This document shows positions 20,305 through 28,882 of a stretch of 64,000 nucleotides of DNA, piece by piece. Source of the stretch: an uncultured Fibrobacteraceae bacterium. Lineage in GTDB: Bacteria; Krumholzibacteriota; Krumholzibacteriia; LZORAL124-64-63. The stretch's first letter is position 1. Every line of letters starts with the position of its first letter. The notes beneath the pieces were generated by a model. The model was not told the origin of the DNA. It made no database searches and saw nothing but the letters and a program-made list of their open reading frames with translations. The stretch lies in the NCBI GenBank assembly GCA_964637835.1, contig CAZWYF010000010.1, forward strand, positions 18,045 to 82,044, given 5' to 3'. The position numbers were made by a program, and so were the translations under genes.

Positions 20305-21434
20305 GGATCCTGGCGGTCAACTGGCGCGACATCGGCGACCCCCTCGGCGGCGGCGCCGAGCAGCACCTGCACCACATCCTGGCCGGGGCGGTCGCGGCGG
20401 GCCACGAGGTGGAGCTGGTCTGCTCCGGTCACGCCGACGCGCCAGCCGACGACGTGATCGACGGCGTCCGCATCCGGCGCCGGGGGGACTGGCGGGTGGC
20501 CAACCTGATCCTGCCGTGGGTGGTCCGCCGCCGCCTGCGCCAGGAGCGCTGGGACCTGCTGGTGGAAGACATCAACAAGATCCCCTTCTACACGCCGCTC
20601 TACGCCGGCGAGGTGCCGGTCCTCGCCGTGGTGCCCCACCTCTTCGGTCGCACCATCTACCGCGAGGCCAACCCCCTGGTGGCCACCTACGTGTGGTCGG
20701 GCGAGTGGCCGCTGGCGCGCGTCTACCGCGATGCCTGGTTCGAGGTCATCAGCCCCTCCACCGCGGACGACCTCGTCGCCCGCGGCCTGCCTCGCGAGCG
20801 CATCCGCACCATCTACTGCGGCCTCGACCACGCGCGTTTCGCGCTGGCCGATCCCCCGCCGCGTGCGGAGCAGCCGCTGGTGGTATGCTGGTCGCGCCTG
20901 CGCCGCTACAAGAGCACCGACGTGGCCATCCGCGCGTTCGCCGAGATCCGTGCCGAGCTGCCCACGGCCCGCATGCTCGTCATGGGCCGTGGCCCGGACG
21001 AGGCGCGCCTGCGCCGGCTCACCGCCGGCCTGGGATTGCAGGAGCACGTGGCGTTCACCGGCCATCTGCCCTGGGAGGATCTCGTGCGCACCCTCCACCG
21101 GGCCCACGTCTTCCTCAACCCGAGCCCCAAGGAGGGCTGGGGCCTGACGGTGGTCGAGGCCAACCAGTGCGGCGTGCCGGTGGTGGCCAGCGACCGTCCC
21201 GGCCTGCGGGACTCGGTGCGCCATGACCAGACCGGCCTGCTCGTGCCCTACGGCGACGCCCACGCCATGGCCCAGTCGGCCCTGCGCCTGCTCCACGACC
21301 CCGATCTGTGGGCCTGCTTCAGCGAGGCCGCCCGCACCTGGGCCGGAGGGTTCAGCTGGCCCCGCTGCGTGGCCGAATCCCTCGACCTCTTCGCCCAGGT
21401 CGCGGCCACCGGCCGCGGGGGAGGTGCCCCGTGA
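20301..21434 (+). CDS. Glycosyltransferase family 4 (GT-B, Glycos_transf_1)
   Basis: GTG 20301 overlaps the upstream stop (GTGA). C-terminal motif VFLNPSPKEGWGLTVVEANQCGVPVVASD....GLLV. Confidence 0.85.
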   Translation: MRILAVNWRDIGDPLGGGAEQHLHHILAGAVAAGHEVELVCSGHADAPADDVIDGVRIRRRGDWRVANLILPWVVRRRLRQERWDLLVEDINKIPFYTPLYAGEVPVLAVVPHLFGRTIYREANPLVATYVWSGEWPLARVYRDAWFEVISPSTADDLVARGLPRERIRTIYCGLDHARFALADPPPRAEQPLVVCWSRLRRYKSTDVAIRAFAEIRAELPTARMLVMGRGPDEARLRRLTAGLGLQEHVAFTGHLPWEDLVRTLHRAHVFLNPSPKEGWGLTVVEANQCGVPVVASDRPGLRDSVRHDQTGLLVPYGDAHAMAQSALRLLHDPDLWACFSEAARTWAGGFSWPRCVAESLDLFAQVAATGRGGGAP

Positions 21435-22435
21435 CGCTCGCGGTGGTGCGTCCACGGACCCGCGCGCGGCTGGTCTTCCTGCTCAAGCTCGCCGTCAGCG
21501 TGACGTTGCTGGGGTTCGTGCTCTCGCGCCTGTCCTGGGTGGAGGTGCGCCAGGCGCTCATCGATCCGCGGTGGCCCTGGCTGCTGGCGGCCCTCGGCGT
21601 CTACGCCATCTCGGCCTGGGGCGGCGCCATGCAGTGGACCTGGATCCTGCGGGCGGCGGGCCTGCCCACGCCGGCGGCGGAGGTGCGGCGACTCTACTTC
21701 ATCGGGCTCTTCTTCAACAACTTCCTGCCCGCGAACATCGGCGGCGATGCGTACAAGGTGGTGGACCTGGGGCGGCGAGAGGGCTGCGCGGGCCGCGTCT
21801 TCTGCGCCACGCTGCTGGACCGGCTGGTGAGCCTGAGCGCCCTGACCATCTTCGCCGTGACGGCCGCAGGCGTCTGCCGGCTGGCGGGGCTATCGCTGCC
21901 GCGTGCCGCCTGGGCCCTGGCCGCGGTGCTCGCCATCCTCGGCGTGGCCCTGGCCCTGCTGGTCAGCCGCCGGCTCGGGGCGCGGCTGCCCGGCTGGCTG
22001 CGGCGGCTGCGCCTGTCGCTGCTGGCGCGTCAGGCGGAGACGGCCGCGCGCGAGTTCGGCGTCTACCGCGAGCGCCTGCCCTGGCTCGGCCGCATCTTCC
22101 TGTTCAGCGTGGGGGTGCAGACCCTGCGCGTGCTGGTGCATCTGCTGGTGGCCTGGGGGCTGCGGCTGGACCCCGGGCCGGGACAGATCGCCCAGCTCGC
22201 GGTGCTGGTGCCGCTGCTGGCGCTGAGCCTCACGCTGCCGATCACCGTCAACGGCATCGGCCTGCGCGAGACCGTGACCACGGCGTTGCTGGTGCACACG
22301 GGGATGGCCGCCAGCGACCTGGTGGCCATGGAGCTGACGGCATTCCTGGTCATGGTGCTCTTCAGCCTCACCGGCGGCCTGCTCTGGTGGCGCCGCCGCG
22401 GCCTGGTCTCCGCGCCACGGGCCGGCCGGGCCTGA
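21431..22435 (+). CDS. Flippase-like / lysylphosphatidylglycerol-synthase-TM-domain (UPF0104) membrane protein
   Basis: GTG 21431 overlaps the upstream stop (GTGA). Multi-pass membrane protein with the family motif FFNNFLPANIGGDAYKV. Confidence 0.8.
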   Translation: MTLAVVRPRTRARLVFLLKLAVSVTLLGFVLSRLSWVEVRQALIDPRWPWLLAALGVYAISAWGGAMQWTWILRAAGLPTPAAEVRRLYFIGLFFNNFLPANIGGDAYKVVDLGRREGCAGRVFCATLLDRLVSLSALTIFAVTAAGVCRLAGLSLPRAAWALAAVLAILGVALALLVSRRLGARLPGWLRRLRLSLLARQAETAAREFGVYRERLPWLGRIFLFSVGVQTLRVLVHLLVAWGLRLDPGPGQIAQLAVLVPLLALSLTLPITVNGIGLRETVTTALLVHTGMAASDLVAMELTAFLVMVLFSLTGGLLWWRRRGLVSAPRAGRA

Positions 22436-22507
22436 GCCGGCCGTCCGTGGCGGGAACCCCTCGGCCCCGGGGGCGTTCCAGCGCCCGTTCGGGGGCCGCG
22501 CCGGTTC

Positions 22508-22536
22508 TTGTGGCCGTTTCGGGCGTGTGTTACCTT
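22508..22536 (+). promoter_or_regulatory. Candidate promoter TTGTGG-17 nt-TACCTT
   Basis: Lies in the 150-nt gap before the DUF2723 gene. Third occurrence of a TACCTT -10 at 17-nt spacing. Confidence 0.3.
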
Positions 22537-22585
22537 CTGCCGCCTGAAGTTCCCGTGAAATGATCGCTTAAGTTAGGGGAACCCC

Positions 22586-25500
22586 GTGACGCCAGCTCCT
22601 CTGGCCCGTCCCTGGTACCGCCGCCCGGATCTCTGGCTGCCGCTGGCCGTGCTGGCCGCCGCCCTGGCGGTCTACACCGCCACCCTCGGGCCCACCATCG
22701 ATTTCTGGGACACCGCCGAATACGTCACCGTCAGCCACATCGTGGGCGTGCCGCACCAGCCGGGCACGCCGCTCTACGTGCTGGTGGGGCGGGTCTTCGA
22801 CGTGCTGCTGGGCCAGCCGGAGATCAGCGAACCCTCGTACCGCTCGGCCTGGGCGGTCAACGTGATGTCGGCCCTGTTCAGCGCGCTGGCCGTGATGATG
22901 GTCTACCTGATCGTCGTCCGGGTGGCCCGCCGCAACGACCCGGACGCGGGCTGGCTCGCCCGGGCCGGCGGACTGACGGGCGCCGTCTTCCTGATGTTCA
23001 GCGATACCTTCTGGAACAACGCCATCGAGGCCGAGGTCTACGGCCTGGCCGCGTTCATGATGGCCATGCTGACCTGGCTGGCCCTGGTCTGGTACGAGCA
23101 CCGCCGCGAGCCCCGCTCCAAGTGGGGCCTGTTGCTGCTCATCTATCTCTGCGGACTGGGCGTCGGGTTCCACCTCGGCTCGCTCCTGGTCTTCCCGGCG
23201 TTCTTCTACCTGGTGTGGATGTCCACCGACCGGCGCCTGCCGGTGCTGGACCTGACCCTGGTGGGCGTGGGCATCGCTCTCTTCCTGTCCTCGACCACCT
23301 ACGTGACCGACCCCACGGTGCTGCTGACCCTGCTGATCCTCTACACCCTGGGCTGCCTGCTGCGCGCGGCGTGGCCGCAGATCCTGCACCTGGCCGGCCG
23401 GCGCGATCCCGACGGCATGGTCTGGCGGCCGTTCGCCCTCTACGGCCTGTTGCTCTTCGTGGCCGGCCTCACCGTGCACGTGGTGCTGATGATCCGGGCG
23501 GGGGCGGTGCCCGAGCCCGCCATCAACCAGACCGTGCCGCAGGACTTCGCCACCCTCATGGACGTGCTGCGGCGCACCCAGTATCCGCCCATCAACCCGC
23601 TGGAGCGGCAGGCCGACCTCTGGTTCCAGCTCGGCTACTACTGGGAATTCTTCCTGCGCCAGTTCTCCTTCCTGCCAGAGGTCGACGGCGGCTCGCTCAA
23701 CCGCTTCGCCGACCGGGCCTCGGTGCTCCTGCTCCCGCTGGGCCTGGCCCTGGTCGGACTGCTGCACACCGCGGTGCGCACGCGGCCGCTGGTGTGGCTG
23801 CTGGTGCTCGGCTACCTGATCAACGCCGACGGCCTGACGCTCTACCTGAACTTCACCGACCACGAGGTGCGCGAGCGCGACTACTTCTACTTCGCGGCCT
23901 TCCTCTACACCGCCGTGTTCAGCGGGCTGGGCGCCGCGGCGCTCCTGCGGTGGACCAGCGGACCGCTGGGCCCGTCGCTCGAAAGGCTCGAGCGAGCCTC
24001 CATGAACTGGCCCCCGGGGCGTCCGTTCCATCCGCTGGGGTTCGTGTTCAAGGTGTCGTTCGCGCTGGCGGTGGCCGTGGTGGGAGTGGCCATCCTCCCG
24101 GAAGCCGCGGAGACTCGCTGGGCCGCGCTCTTCGTCTTCGGCGGCCTGTTCCTCGGACTGGGCCTGTCGCCCTGGGTGCGCAGCCTGGCGCGGAGCGACG
24201 ACCAGGCGCCGCCGGCCTGGAACGAGAGGTCCTGGCCCTGGCGCCTGGGCATGGGGGCGGCGCTGGCGGCGGCGGTGCTGGCCGGTCTGGGCCTGGTGAC
24301 GCTGATCAGCAACGGGAGCAATCCGGTCTTCGCCGGCGTCCTCTACCTCTTCACCTTCGGCGGCCTGTTCCTCGGCTATGGCGAGCGCCGGGAGGGACCG
24401 CGGGAGTTGCCGGAGCCGCAGTGGCCGGAGCCGGTGCGCGCGGACTGGCTGAGCCTGGTGGCCGCGGTGGCCATCATCGGCCTGGCGGCGCTGCCGGCCG
24501 TCGGCGCCCTGGACTCCCGCTGGCACGACAAGTGGTTCACCCACGACCGCAGCGAGAATCGCATCGCCTACGAGTACGCCTACAACATCCTGGCCGGCCT
24601 GGACGAGAACGCCATCATCTTCACCAATGGCGACAACGACACGTTCCCCATCTGGTACCTGCAGGAGGTGGAGCGCTTCCGCCGGGATGTCTCGGTGGTC
24701 AACCTGTCGCTGGTGAACCTGGGCTGGTACGTCAAGCAGCTCAAGCGGTTCGACCCGCCGGTGCCCATGACCTACACCGATGCGGAGATCGATGAGCTGC
24801 GCCCGGTGGGCTACCGGGATCAGGAGACCGGCGAGCTGGTGGTGGTCATGGTCCGCGAGTACGTGGTCAAGGACATCATCGATGCCAACCGCGCCAGCAC
24901 GACCCCCCGGCCGGTGTTCTTCGCGGTCACCATCCCGCGGGAGAACATGGAGCGGTACCATGCCTTCCTGCAGATGGAGGGTCTGGCCTACCGCCTCACC
25001 GAGCAGCGCGCGGCCGACGGCATCCCCGAGACCGATCCCGACCGTCTGCTGGCCAACGTCTACGGCGCCTACAAGTTCGACGCCCTGACCACCGGCGATA
25101 CCCGGGAGCGCAAGCGGCGCTTCGACCAGATGGCCGGCTGGACCGGCGACCGGCCCCGTCACGAGCGGCTCACCGGCGTGGACGCGCCCCTGCCGGTGGA
25201 CTACTGGCAGCTGCTCGAGCTGCTCGGCGACCGGCGCGACGACGTCTACATCGACGGCGACACCCGCAACCTGCTGGGCAACTACCCCGCCTCCATCGCC
25301 CGGGCGGGCTTCCGCTACCTGGCCGGCGCGGAGGAACTGCGCCTGGAGGACGGCAGCTTCCGTGCCAGCGACGACGAGCTCTACGACCACTACACCGGCA
25401 TGGCCCTGCTCTGCTACGAGACGGCCCTGCGCCTGGACCCGTACAGCGCGCTGGTGGCGGCCGGCTATTACCCGTCGCTACTCATCGAGCGCGGCCAGAC

Positions 25501-25879
25501 CGAGCGCGCCCTGGCCTACCTCGAGACCATCCACGGGCGCATGGAGCCGGACCTCGAGCAGTCCGCCGTGCTCAATGGCATGCGGGGCCTGGTCACCATC
25601 GGCGAGGAGGACCGCGCCATCGGCTGGCTCGAGCGCCGCCTCGCCGCCGAACCCGGCTGGCGCCTGGGCTACGAGCTGCTCATCCGCATCCACGAGTCCC
25701 TGGGCAACGCCGCCGAGGCGGTGGCGGTGGCCGACCTCTACCGCGAGAACACCGGCGAGGACGACCCCGTGCTGCGCCAGATGGTGGACGATCTCCGCGA
25801 TCGCGCCCGGCAGGAGGAGCAGCGCCGGCTGCGCGAGCAGCTCGAGCAGCGGGGCTCCATCCCGGAGGGGCAGCGATGA
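22586..25879 (+). CDS. DUF2723/TMEM260-like GT-C membrane glycosyltransferase with C-terminal TPR domain
   Basis: GTG 22586 after AGGGGA. N-terminal FWDTAEYVTVSHIVGVPHQPGTPLYVL matches the family's GD..E....LGxxHPPGYPL motif. About 12 or more TM helices, then a soluble TPR-like region. Confidence 0.85.
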   Translation: MTPAPLARPWYRRPDLWLPLAVLAAALAVYTATLGPTIDFWDTAEYVTVSHIVGVPHQPGTPLYVLVGRVFDVLLGQPEISEPSYRSAWAVNVMSALFSALAVMMVYLIVVRVARRNDPDAGWLARAGGLTGAVFLMFSDTFWNNAIEAEVYGLAAFMMAMLTWLALVWYEHRREPRSKWGLLLLIYLCGLGVGFHLGSLLVFPAFFYLVWMSTDRRLPVLDLTLVGVGIALFLSSTTYVTDPTVLLTLLILYTLGCLLRAAWPQILHLAGRRDPDGMVWRPFALYGLLLFVAGLTVHVVLMIRAGAVPEPAINQTVPQDFATLMDVLRRTQYPPINPLERQADLWFQLGYYWEFFLRQFSFLPEVDGGSLNRFADRASVLLLPLGLALVGLLHTAVRTRPLVWLLVLGYLINADGLTLYLNFTDHEVRERDYFYFAAFLYTAVFSGLGAAALLRWTSGPLGPSLERLERASMNWPPGRPFHPLGFVFKVSFALAVAVVGVAILPEAAETRWAALFVFGGLFLGLGLSPWVRSLARSDDQAPPAWNERSWPWRLGMGAALAAAVLAGLGLVTLISNGSNPVFAGVLYLFTFGGLFLGYGERREGPRELPEPQWPEPVRADWLSLVAAVAIIGLAALPAVGALDSRWHDKWFTHDRSENRIAYEYAYNILAGLDENAIIFTNGDNDTFPIWYLQEVERFRRDVSVVNLSLVNLGWYVKQLKRFDPPVPMTYTDAEIDELRPVGYRDQETGELVVVMVREYVVKDIIDANRASTTPRPVFFAVTIPRENMERYHAFLQMEGLAYRLTEQRAADGIPETDPDRLLANVYGAYKFDALTTGDTRERKRRFDQMAGWTGDRPRHERLTGVDAPLPVDYWQLLELLGDRRDDVYIDGDTRNLLGNYPASIARAGFRYLAGAEELRLEDGSFRASDDELYDHYTGMALLCYETALRLDPYSALVAAGYYPSLLIERGQTERALAYLETIHGRMEPDLEQSAVLNGMRGLVTIGEEDRAIGWLERRLAAEPGWRLGYELLIRIHESLGNAAEAVAVADLYRENTGEDDPVLRQMVDDLRDRARQEEQRRLREQLEQRGSIPEGQR

Positions 25880-26940
25880 GCGCCGCCCGGCCGGACGGCG
25901 GCCTGGACTGGACGGAGCTCCGGACGTCGTTGCCGACGTCGGTGAGCGACCTGCTGGCGCCCGGCGCGCCGGTGGTGGTCACCGGCTGCGCCGGCTTCAT
26001 CGGCAGCCACCTGAGCGAGGCGTTGCTCGCCCTCGGCTGCCGCGTCACCGGTGTGGACAGCCTCACCGACTACTACGATCCCGCCCAGAAGCACGCGAAC
26101 CTGGAGCGTTGCCGGGAGCACGCGGACTTCGTGTTCCACCCGCGGGATCTCAACGCCCTCGATGCGGTGGCTCTGCTGCGCGGCGCCCGGGTGGTCTTCC
26201 ACCTCGCGGCGCAGGCCGGGGTGCGCGCCAGCTGGGGCGCGGAGTTCACGCACTACCTGGACTGGAACGTCCTGGCCACCCAGCGGCTGCTGGAGGCCTG
26301 CCGACAGCCGGACGTGGCGAGATCGCTCGCCCGCCTGGTCTACAGTTCCAGCAGCTCGGTCTACGGCGACCAGCCCCGCTATCCGGTCACCGAGGACGAC
26401 CTGCCCCGGCCCCGCTCGCCGTACGGCGTGAGCAAGCTGGCCGCCGAGCACCTCTGCGTCCTCTATGGCGCCAGCTACGCGGTACCCACCAGCAGCCTGC
26501 GGTACTTCACGGTCTACGGCCCGCGCCAGCGACCGGACATGGCGTTCCGCAAGTTCCTGGACGCCGCGCTCGATGGCCGGCCCTTCGCCGTCTACGGCGA
26601 CGGCCGCCAGACCCGCGACTTCACCTTCGTGGCGGACGCCGTGCGCGCCAACCTGCTGTCCGCCGCCGCGCCGGAGGTCACGCAGGTGTTCAATGTCGGC
26701 GGCGGCGCCCGCGTCTCCCTGCGCGAGGCGCTGGACATCCTCACGGCCGAGCTGGCCCACCTGGCCCCCGACTGCCGTCCCGAGGTCACCTACGCGGAGA
26801 CCGCACGCGGCGACGTGCGCCACACCTACGCCGACCGCAGCCGCGTGGCGGCGGCGGTGGGCTATGCGCCGCAGGTCTCGCTCGCCGAGGGCCTGGCCCG
26901 GGAGGCGGCCTGGGCGGTGGCCCGGAGGCGACAGCCATGA
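25876..26940 (+). CDS. NAD-dependent epimerase/dehydratase (UDP-glucuronate 4-epimerase-like SDR)
   Basis: ATGA overlap with the upstream gene. Rossmann motif VVTGCAGFIGSHL, DSLTDYYDP, and catalytic SPYGVSKLAAE (YxxxK). Confidence 0.9.
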   Translation: MSAARPDGGLDWTELRTSLPTSVSDLLAPGAPVVVTGCAGFIGSHLSEALLALGCRVTGVDSLTDYYDPAQKHANLERCREHADFVFHPRDLNALDAVALLRGARVVFHLAAQAGVRASWGAEFTHYLDWNVLATQRLLEACRQPDVARSLARLVYSSSSSVYGDQPRYPVTEDDLPRPRSPYGVSKLAAEHLCVLYGASYAVPTSSLRYFTVYGPRQRPDMAFRKFLDAALDGRPFAVYGDGRQTRDFTFVADAVRANLLSAAAPEVTQVFNVGGGARVSLREALDILTAELAHLAPDCRPEVTYAETARGDVRHTYADRSRVAAAVGYAPQVSLAEGLAREAAWAVARRRQP

Positions 26941-27881
26941 GCGCCAGCCGCCCGGCCACCTGCGACCTCTCGGTGGTGGTCCCCGCCCTGGACGAGGCCG
27001 ATTCCCTGCCCGAGCTGGCCGATCGCGTGCGCGCCGCGTGCGATGGCCGCGGCCTGGACTGGGAGCTGCTGATCGTCGACGACGGCTCGCGGGATCCGAC
27101 CTGGGAGGTGGTCGCCGGTCTGCACGCGGCCGATCCCCGGATCCGTGGCCTGCGGTTCGCTCGCAACTACGGCAAGGCCGCCGCCCTGGCCGCGGGTTTC
27201 GACGCGGCCGGTGGCGGGACCATCATCACCATGGACGCCGACCTGCAGGACGACCCCGACGAGATCCCCGCCCTGCTCGACCGCCTGGACGAGGGCTGGG
27301 ACCTGGTCTCCGGCTGGAAGCAGCGGCGGCAGGATTCGTGGTTGAAGAACAACTCGAGCAAGGTCTTCAACTGGGCGGTGGGCCGCATGTGCGGCCTGCG
27401 CCTGCACGACTTCAACTGCGGCCTGAAGGCCTACCGTCGCGAGGTCACCGAGCGGGTCCGCCTGTACGGCGAGCTCCACCGCTACGTGCCGGCCCTGGCC
27501 CACCTGGATGGTTTCCGGGTCACCGAGCAGCGGGTCAAGCACCATCGGCGCCGGCACGGCGTCACCAAGTACGGCTGGTCCCGGTTCCTCAACGGCTTCC
27601 TGGATCTGTTGACGGTGCACTTCCTGTACGCGCGCCGCACCTCGCCGCTGCACTTCTTCGGCCGGCTGGGCACGGCCTTCGGCGGCGCGGGGGGCCTCAT
27701 CCTGCTCTACTTCCTGGGCTGGTGGCTGGTGGGCAATCCCCTGCGCGTGCGGCCGATCATGATCCTCGGCCTGATCCTGGTGGTGGTGGCGGTGCAGTTC
27801 ATCAGCCTGGGGCTGATCGCCGAGCTGGTGGTGGCCGGCCGCCATCCCGAAGCGAGCTATCGTGTCGCCGACCGCCGCTAG
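26937..27881 (+). CDS. Polyprenyl-phosphate glycosyltransferase, GT2 (GtrB/ArnC/CsbB-like)
   Basis: ATGA overlap. VVVPALDEADSL, LIVDDGSRD and DADLQDDP (DxD). Two C-terminal TM helices, as in GtrB/ArnC. Confidence 0.9.
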   Translation: MSASRPATCDLSVVVPALDEADSLPELADRVRAACDGRGLDWELLIVDDGSRDPTWEVVAGLHAADPRIRGLRFARNYGKAAALAAGFDAAGGGTIITMDADLQDDPDEIPALLDRLDEGWDLVSGWKQRRQDSWLKNNSSKVFNWAVGRMCGLRLHDFNCGLKAYRREVTERVRLYGELHRYVPALAHLDGFRVTEQRVKHHRRRHGVTKYGWSRFLNGFLDLLTVHFLYARRTSPLHFFGRLGTAFGGAGGLILLYFLGWWLVGNPLRVRPIMILGLILVVVAVQFISLGLIAELVVAGRHPEASYRVADRR

Positions 27882-28827
27882 CGGGGCTGGCGGCCTGCCC
27901 TCGCTCTGCGTCGTGGTGGTCAACTGGAACGGCCGCGGCGTGCTCGAGGACTGCCTGCGCTCCCTGGCCGGGTGCGGCTACCCGGGGCTGCGCGTGATCA
28001 TGGTGGACAACGCGTCCACCGACAACTCGGTGGCCTGGACCCGCAGCCGCCATCCGCAGGTGGAGGTGCTGGTCAGCGAGGAGAATCTCCGCTGGGCTGG
28101 CGGCAACAACCTGGCCCTGGCCCGGCTGGCTGCCGCGGGCTGGCCCGAGGACCAGGTCCTGCTCCTGAACAACGACACCGTGGTCCCGGAGGGTTCGCTG
28201 GAGCGGCTGACCACGGCGCTGGCGGCGACGCCCGCGGCCTGGGCCGCCACGCCGCGCATCGTCTACGCCGCCGATCCGGCCCGCGCCTGGTACGACGGCG
28301 GCCTGGTCGGGACCTGGTCCGGCTGGGTCCGTCACGTCGGCATCCGGCAGCTCGCCGGCCGCCTGCCGGCGGAGAATCGCCCCGTGGAGTACGGCACCGG
28401 CTGCGCCCTGCTGCTGTCGCGGGAGGCGTTGCAGCGCTGCGGCCTGCTGGACACGGCCTACCACTTCTACGGCGAGGACGCCGACTACTGCCTGCGCCTG
28501 CGGGCGGCGGGCGGCCAGGTCCTGCACGTGCCGCGGTCGGTGATCCTGCACAAGGTGAGCGTCAGCCTGGGGGTGAGCAGCCCCCGCAAGCTGTACCTGC
28601 GGAGCCGGTCGCACGTCCGCCTGCTCCGGCGCCACTGGCCGCGGCGGCGCTGGCCGGTGCTCTTGCCGGCCCAGGCGGGCTACTTCGCCGCGCACGCCGC
28701 GTGGCACCTGTGGCATGGTCGTCCCGGTGCGGCCCTGGGCCTGTTGCAGGGCGTCGTGGACGAGTGCCGCGGCCGGCCACTGCCGCCGGCCGCGGTGGAC
28801 ACCGCCGCGCCGTCGGTGCTACCCTGA
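27862..28827 (+). CDS. Glycosyltransferase family 2 (rhamnosyltransferase-like)
   Basis: GTG 27862. VVVVNWNG, MVDNASTDNS, LLNNDTVV, YGEDADYCLR. Confidence 0.85.
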   Translation: MSPTAASGAGGLPSLCVVVVNWNGRGVLEDCLRSLAGCGYPGLRVIMVDNASTDNSVAWTRSRHPQVEVLVSEENLRWAGGNNLALARLAAAGWPEDQVLLLNNDTVVPEGSLERLTTALAATPAAWAATPRIVYAADPARAWYDGGLVGTWSGWVRHVGIRQLAGRLPAENRPVEYGTGCALLLSREALQRCGLLDTAYHFYGEDADYCLRLRAAGGQVLHVPRSVILHKVSVSLGVSSPRKLYLRSRSHVRLLRRHWPRRRWPVLLPAQAGYFAAHAAWHLWHGRPGAALGLLQGVVDECRGRPLPPAAVDTAAPSVLP

Positions 28828-28882
28828 TCCCCGGTCCTCTGCCCGGTCCCGGCGCAGCGGTGCGCGTGGAAGGAGATCCCGA

